From an uncultured delta proteobacterium (GTDB lineage Bacteria > Desulfobacterota > BSN033 > UBA1163), in the NCBI GenBank assembly GCA_963827685.1, contig CAWHBU010000002.1:928001-992000 (forward strand): a stretch of 64,000 nucleotides of DNA. The letters are read 5' to 3'. The first letter of the stretch is position 1. Every line of letters begins with the position of its first letter. A program made the position numbers and the translations under genes. Of this stretch, positions 58,374 to 64,000 are shown piece by piece. The notes under the pieces are model-generated. The model ran no database searches. It was not told where the DNA came from and was given only the letters and a program-made list of their open reading frames with translations.

Positions 58374-59564
58374 TTGGAAAGCGCTGAAAGGATTGAAAGC
58401 TATCGCTGGGTGATCCTGGCCGTAGTCTATCTATCCATCCTTGCTTTTACACTCATCTTCCAATCCATCCCACCCCTCCTTCCTTTAATCATTGCTGAAC
58501 TCCATTTAACTTACGCCCAATCCGGCCTCCTCATGAGCCTTTTCTCGCTCCCCGGCCTTTTCATCTCCCTCTTAGGTGGATTTCTCTCAGACCGTTATAG
58601 AATGAGGCCTTTAGCAGCAGGTTGCTTTTTATTAATGATCGGGGGAACCTTGCTCGTGGGATTAGGGATGAATCTCCAGATCCTATGGGTAGGAAGAGTC
58701 ATCGCCGGAATCGGCGGCATCACCCTTTCCATTTTCCTTCCCAAACTGCTTTCTCAATGGTTTAAAGACAGGGAGTTAGGTCTTGCCATGGGTATCTACA
58801 ATACCGGCGTCCCCCTTGGTTCGGTTATTTGCTTCGGGTTCTTTGGAAAAATGGGAAGCCTATGGGGATGGCGCATCCCTATTTTATTCACTGGGATGTA
58901 TTTGCTCATCACCTTCATCCTTTTCTTGAGCCTTTACCGATTGCCCCCTTCGCCAGTGCCCAGAGAAGGCAGACCGCTAAGTATTTATAAGTCGTTAAAA
59001 GAGGCGGGATGGCCCATTTGGTTAGCGGGCTTTTCGTGGCTCTGGTTCAATGCTGCCTTCAGCTCTTTCGCTACTTTTGCACCCAACTTCTTTCTCCAGA
59101 AGGGCTATACGATTGAAGAGAGCGGCCTCCTCATCGGAATCCCCCTTTTGGGTTCTCTTCTCTTTAGTGCCCCCATAGGATATTTGGTGGACCGATTTAG
59201 ACATCAGGAATGGTTCATTGGAACGGGGGCCGTTGCATTGGCCGTCCTGGCATTATTTTTCAATTTTAGCTCTTCGTTTCTACTGCTCGTCATCTTGATG
59301 GGAATCTTTTCAGCAATGATTCCCGCTCCAATTTATTCCCTTCCCCCGGAAATGTTAAAACCAGAAAATGTTGGATTGGGATTCGGAGTCATCTCCACCT
59401 GCTCGAGCGTCGGCCTATTTGTTGCACCCTATCTCGTTGGAAAGGCCAGAGATTTAACAGGCTCTTACAACTGGAGTTTCGTCTTAATCTCAGTCTTCTT
59501 CTTTCTCATCACGATCTTCATCGGCTTCACCCACCGCTCCCAAAACAGAATAAAAACGTTTTGA
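58374..59564 (+). CDS. MFS transporter
   Basis: ~12 TM, GFLSDRY motif A, GRVIAGIG. Confidence 0.92.
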   Translation: MESAERIESYRWVILAVVYLSILAFTLIFQSIPPLLPLIIAELHLTYAQSGLLMSLFSLPGLFISLLGGFLSDRYRMRPLAAGCFLLMIGGTLLVGLGMNLQILWVGRVIAGIGGITLSIFLPKLLSQWFKDRELGLAMGIYNTGVPLGSVICFGFFGKMGSLWGWRIPILFTGMYLLITFILFLSLYRLPPSPVPREGRPLSIYKSLKEAGWPIWLAGFSWLWFNAAFSSFATFAPNFFLQKGYTIEESGLLIGIPLLGSLLFSAPIGYLVDRFRHQEWFIGTGAVALAVLALFFNFSSSFLLLVILMGIFSAMIPAPIYSLPPEMLKPENVGLGFGVISTCSSVGLFVAPYLVGKARDLTGSYNWSFVLISVFFFLITIFIGFTHRSQNRIKTF

Positions 59565-59569
59565 CCGGA

Positions 59570-59690
59570 ACGTGCCCCGCAAGCCCCGTCTTGCCTGCCT
59601 GCCGGTAGGCAGGTAGGCTGGGTTAAGGGGCACGATATGAATGATATTACAATGCCGGGAAGCCCCGCCCTGTGGGCGGGGAGCTTCGCT
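59570..59690. repeat. REP / IS200-605-end-like palindromes
   Basis: CGTGCCCC...GGGGCACG enclosing CCTGCCTGCCGGTAGGCAGG; GAAGCCCCGCCC-TGT-GGGCGGGGAGCTTC. Confidence 0.65.
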
Positions 59691-59955
59691 TATAAGTTAG
59701 GAGTTCGGAGTTAAAAACCTAAAATAAGATAAGAAAAGACTTCCAAAAAGAAATTAAAGCGGAAAGAATGGCCCATTTTTCCCCTCCTTTACAAAATTGT
59801 CCTCTTCTGAGTAAATTTTTCATAAATTGTCCATCTTGTCCTATTCAACTCCTCTCGCTCACATCTATACATCTTACCTTCAAAAATCTTAAAAGACCTT
59901 AAAAAATAGGATGTTAGGGGAAAATCCATATTCTTTATGAAAATTTGGAGCATCT

Positions 59956-59971
59956 TGGAACAAAACTTGCT
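59956..59971 (+). promoter_or_regulatory. Putative sigma54 promoter
   Basis: TGGAACAAAACTTGCT = GG-N10-GC upstream of the kinase gene. Confidence 0.6.
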
Positions 59972-60017
59972 TTTTTGCTAATCCTTAGGAAAATCTATGC
60001 CCATAGTAGACTGAATC

Positions 60018-63000
60018 ATGATGGCGAAAAAACCTAATAGAGCCATTTCCGAACAACCTAAAGGAACACCTATACTAACCCAAAACATTAATAGAAAAAA
60101 AATAACTACCCATTTATCAGATCGGAAAACAACTGGATCCCTCAAAAACTTAGCTATCACCAAACTCTTCCCTGCTGAACGGACAGAGGAGGCGCTGCGG
60201 GAAGCCGAACGTTTTCTAAACAGCATCTTTACAAGTATCCAGGACGGCATCAGTATTCTTGACAAGGATATGAATATTATTCGCGTCAACCAGACCATCG
60301 AACGCTGGTATTCCCACGCCATGCCGCTTGTTGGCAGGAAATGTTATGAAGCCTACCATGGCCGAAAGGAACGATGCGATACATGCCCTACCCATCAAAC
60401 GATTCTTACAGGAAAAGGTGCTTATGAGACTGTCCCGAAGACGGGAGCAAATGGAGAAATTGTTGGATGGCTTGATCTCTATAGTTTTCCTCTAATTGAT
60501 ACAACAACTGGAAAGATGAAAGGTGTAATCGAATATGTCCGCGACGTCACCGAGCGCAAGCGGGCGGAGGAGGCATTGCGCCAAAGTGAGGAGAAATACC
60601 GAACCATTCTTGAAAGCATCCAGGACGGCTATTTTGAGGTTGACCTTGCCGGGAATCTTACCTTCGTTAATGACGTAGTCTGCAGATATCTCGGATATAC
60701 CAAAAAGGAATTGATCGGGGAGAACTACCGGCAGTACACGGATGAAGAAACTGCAAGAAGATTGCGTGAACTCTACATCGAACTCTACAGAACAGGGACA
60801 CCGATTGAGGCAATGGAACAAGAAGTCTTCAGAAAAGACGGGACGAAAGGTACTGTCGAAGTTTCGGTATCTCTTATCAAGGATTCAGAGGGCAAACCGA
60901 TCGGATTTCGGGCTGTTTCTCGGGATATCACCAAGCGCAAGCGTGCAGAGGAGGCGCTGCAGGAGAGCGAAAAATACTTTAAGGAGATTACAGAAAACTC
61001 TTCAGATATCATTATCATTACGGATAAAAACGGAGACATAAAATATTGCAGCCGTTCTATCGAGCGTTTTACCGGATACAAGCCTGAGGAACTAATCGGT
61101 AGAAGTACGCTCACACTTATTCATCCGGATGACAAAAAACGTGCTGTCGGTGATTTCGGCAAGGCTATTCTGGCAATAGATCCCGCGATCCCCAATGCAT
61201 TCCGCATAGTGCATAAAGATGGTTCAGAACGCTATTTTGAGGGGCTGGGAAAAAATCTCTTAGATAATCCAGCTGTTGCAGGTTTTATCATGAATGTCCG
61301 TGATATCACCGAGCGCAAGCAGGCGGAAGAGGCCCTGCACGAAAACGAGAAAAGACTCCAGTCCCTCATGGATGCCTCGCCGATAGGTATTTCCTGGGCA
61401 GACATGGACGGAAACATCAAATACAACAACCGCAAGTTCCGTCAGCTCTTCGGCTATACCGTTGACGACATTCCAACCATCGCTGAGTGGCGCCGTCTGG
61501 CCTATCCAGACCCGGCCTACCGTGAGACGGTCCCTTCCCTTGTCGCCATGCTCACCGAGGCACAGAAGCAAGGGAAAGAGATGAAGCCTATAGAAGTGAC
61601 CGTCACGTGCAAAGACGGTTCCACTCGCAACGTGGAGCAGATGGGAGCCTTCGCCTCTAAGCAAATCCTGGCCATTTACAACGATCTCACCGAACACAAA
61701 TTGGCTGAAGAAGCACTGCGCCAGAGTGAGGAGAGATACCGGACCATTCTTGAGAACATCCAAGACGGCTATTTTGAGGTTGACCTTGCCGGCAACCTTA
61801 CCTTCGTTAATGATGCGGAGTGCGTCAGTCTCGGATATTCCAGAGATGAATTGATCGGAATGAACAACCGCCAGTATACAGATAAAGAGAACGCAAAGAA
61901 ATTGTTTCAAGCTTTTAATAAACTCTACAGAACAGGGGAACCGGTTAAGGGATTAGATTTGGAAGTTATCAGAAAGGACGGGACGAAAGCGTTTGACGAA
62001 CTTTCAGTATCTCTTATAAGGGGTTCAGAAGGCAAACCGGTCGGATTCCGGGGTATTTCTCGAGACATCACCGAGCGCAAGCGGGCAGAGGAGGCACTGC
62101 GCCACAGTGAGGAGAGATATCGAAATATTCTTGAGAGCATCCTGGAGGGCTATTACGAAGAAGACCTTGCCGGTAACTTTGTCTTCTTTAACGAAGCGAT
62201 GTGCCGAATATATGGGTACCCCAAAGAAGAATTGTTGGGCTTAAATTACAAAAAATATACAAGTGAAGAAACTGCGAAAAGACTGTTTCAAATATTCAAC
62301 GAAATGTACAGAACAGGGAACCCCTGTAAAGAATATAGCTATGAGCTTATAAGAAAAGACGGGGTTAAGAGATACATTGAGGCATCTGCATCTTTAAGAA
62401 GAGATTCATCGGGTAAACCGACAGGGTTTAGAGGGGTTGTACGGGACGCCACCGAGCGCAAGCGTGCAGAGGAGGCACTGCGCCAGAGTGAGGAGAGATA
62501 CCGAACCATTATTGAAAACATCCAGGACGGCTATTTCGAGGTTAACCTTGCTGGAAATTTTACCTTCGTTAATGACGCGGAGTGCGTCATTCACGGATAT
62601 TCCAGAGATGAATTGATCGGCATGAACAACCGGCAGTATACGGATAAAGAGAACGCAAAGAAGGTGTTTGAAGCTTTTAATAAACTCTACAGAACAGGGG
62701 AGCTTGGTAGAGTACTGGATTATGAAATTATAAGAAAAGACGGGACTAAAGCGTTTACTGAACTTTCCGTATCTCTTATAAGGAATTCAGAAGACAAACC
62801 GATCGGATTCCGGGGTATTTCTCGGGACATCACCGAGCGCAAGCAGGCTGAAGAAGAGAAGTCATTTCTTCAAGAGCAACTTCGGCAGTCGCAGAAAATG
62901 GAGGCCATTGGTCAGTTGGCAGGGGGTGTTGCCCATGATTTCAATAACCTCCTGACCGTCATCAAGGGCTACAGTCAACTTTCCCTTTTCGACCTTAAAG

Positions 63001-64000
63001 AAAACGATCCTCTCCGAGGCAACATCCAAGAGATTGAAAAAGCCACCCAGCGGGCAACAGATTTAACCCGTCAACTTTTAGCCTTCAGCCGTCGCCAGAT
63101 CTTAGACCTCAAAGTGCTCGATCTGAATGTCCTTTTAAAAGATATGGAAAAGATGCTGCGCCGGATCATTGGCGAGGACATCGAACTGGTCATTCTCTTA
63201 TCCGAAGATATAGGAAAGGTGAAAGTAGATCCGAGTCAAATTGAACAAGTGATCTTCAATTTAGCCGTAAACGCCAGAGATGCCATGCCTTCTGGCGGGA
63301 GACTCGCCATCGAAACGGCGAATGCAGAGTTGGATGAAGAGTATGCCCATGCGCATGTCAGTGTGGCCCCAGGTCGATATGTGAGGCTTTCCGTCAGCGA
63401 CACAGGGGTCGGGATGACGCAGGAGGTGAAAGAGAGAGTCTTCGAACCCTTCTTTACGACTAAAGAAAAAGGAAAGGGCACCGGATTGGGTCTTTCCATG
63501 GTCTATGGAATCGTGAAGCAGAGTAATGGGAATATCTGGGTTTATAGTGAACCGGGACGTGGGACGACCTTTAGGATTTATTTTCCAAGGACGGAGGAAG
63601 AGGCAGATACACTTCGCGAGCGAGAAGAAGCGGATTTCTTTCCGAGGGGGAGCGAGACAATCCTCCTGGTGGAGGATGATGAGTTGGTGCGAGATCTGGC
63701 AAACCGACTTTTAGAACAACAGGGCTACAGAGTTTTGAAGGCAGCCAATGGCCAAGAGGCGCTGCTTGTCGCGAAGGAACATGTTGGAGAAACGATCCAC
63801 CTCCTGCTGGCTGATATTGTGATGCCCCAGATGGGTGGAAAAGAGTTAGCCGATTGGCTTAAAATTTCCCGGCCCAACGTCAAAGTTCTCTTTACATCAG
63901 GCTACGCGGACAATGCGATTGTCCACCACGGTGTGCTGAACCCGGGAACCCACTTCCTCCAAAAACCTTTCTCTCTCAAAACTTTATCAAACAAAGTGCG
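60018..64000 (+). CDS. Hybrid sensor histidine kinase: 7 PAS domains, HisKA, HATPase, receiver (runs off window end)
   Basis: Repeated DITERKRAEEALR.SEE.YR linkers, AGGVAHDFNNLL H-box, NARDAM, GKGTGLGL, LLVEDD..ADIVMP..QKPF; absent from ORF track because no stop lies in the window. Confidence 0.95.
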   Translation, partial: MMAKKPNRAISEQPKGTPILTQNINRKKITTHLSDRKTTGSLKNLAITKLFPAERTEEALREAERFLNSIFTSIQDGISILDKDMNIIRVNQTIERWYSHAMPLVGRKCYEAYHGRKERCDTCPTHQTILTGKGAYETVPKTGANGEIVGWLDLYSFPLIDTTTGKMKGVIEYVRDVTERKRAEEALRQSEEKYRTILESIQDGYFEVDLAGNLTFVNDVVCRYLGYTKKELIGENYRQYTDEETARRLRELYIELYRTGTPIEAMEQEVFRKDGTKGTVEVSVSLIKDSEGKPIGFRAVSRDITKRKRAEEALQESEKYFKEITENSSDIIIITDKNGDIKYCSRSIERFTGYKPEELIGRSTLTLIHPDDKKRAVGDFGKAILAIDPAIPNAFRIVHKDGSERYFEGLGKNLLDNPAVAGFIMNVRDITERKQAEEALHENEKRLQSLMDASPIGISWADMDGNIKYNNRKFRQLFGYTVDDIPTIAEWRRLAYPDPAYRETVPSLVAMLTEAQKQGKEMKPIEVTVTCKDGSTRNVEQMGAFASKQILAIYNDLTEHKLAEEALRQSEERYRTILENIQDGYFEVDLAGNLTFVNDAECVSLGYSRDELIGMNNRQYTDKENAKKLFQAFNKLYRTGEPVKGLDLEVIRKDGTKAFDELSVSLIRGSEGKPVGFRGISRDITERKRAEEALRHSEERYRNILESILEGYYEEDLAGNFVFFNEAMCRIYGYPKEELLGLNYKKYTSEETAKRLFQIFNEMYRTGNPCKEYSYELIRKDGVKRYIEASASLRRDSSGKPTGFRGVVRDATERKRAEEALRQSEERYRTIIENIQDGYFEVNLAGNFTFVNDAECVIHGYSRDELIGMNNRQYTDKENAKKVFEAFNKLYRTGELGRVLDYEIIRKDGTKAFTELSVSLIRNSEDKPIGFRGISRDITERKQAEEEKSFLQEQLRQSQKMEAIGQLAGGVAHDFNNLLTVIKGYSQLSLFDLKENDPLRGNIQEIEKATQRATDLTRQLLAFSRRQILDLKVLDLNVLLKDMEKMLRRIIGEDIELVILLSEDIGKVKVDPSQIEQVIFNLAVNARDAMPSGGRLAIETANAELDEEYAHAHVSVAPGRYVRLSVSDTGVGMTQEVKERVFEPFFTTKEKGKGTGLGLSMVYGIVKQSNGNIWVYSEPGRGTTFRIYFPRTEEEADTLREREEADFFPRGSETILLVEDDELVRDLANRLLEQQGYRVLKAANGQEALLVAKEHVGETIHLLLADIVMPQMGGKELADWLKISRPNVKVLFTSGYADNAIVHHGVLNPGTHFLQKPFSLKTLSNKV

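Noticed and set aside
59997-60014. Mini-ORF MPIVD* in frame with the PAS kinase (possible UGA readthrough)
   Set aside because: Only five codons, no SECIS-like stem after the TGA, and ATG ATG follows immediately; chance is sufficient.
1-64000. CRISPR array, retron, DGR or group II intron
   Set aside because: No regularly spaced repeat-spacer array, cas gene or reverse transcriptase motif was seen.

Overview
A 64 kb bacterial chromosomal window. The gene content (gatB-mtnA, AmmeMemoRadiSam B, PilZ proteins, sigma54 promoters, multi-PAS kinase, a selenoprotein) suggests an anaerobic Desulfobacterota/'deltaproteobacterial' genome; this is an inference. Backbone genes are gatB, argS, a uvrA homologue, an rpoD-like sigma factor with an RRM protein, and a Liv-type ABC transporter + CoA ligase + acyl-CoA dehydrogenase + thiolase + DUF35 catabolic operon. 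Highlights: (1) a 3.16 kb element (49499-52658) whose single pair of ~52 bp terminal inverted repeats encloses two intact DDE transposases (one IS481-like, one IS3-like OrfA/OrfB with an A9 -1 frameshift site) plus an extra HTH ORF; (2) a ~6.5 kb integrase-less island in tRNA-Arg(CCG) that duplicates the 5' half of the tRNA rather than the usual 3' end, carrying a Panacea/PemK-like TA pair, an Mrr-like nuclease candidate, a PIN-like protein and two paralogous membrane proteins; (3) an IS1202-family IS with a 16 bp target duplication, a related 261 bp MITE, and a RAYT with flanking REPs; (4) a UxxC selenocysteine glutaredoxin with a SECIS-like hairpin, truncated in the ORF track; (5) a cluster of broken or recoded genes at 41.5-47 kb. 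All family calls come from motif recognition by eye; no searches were run.
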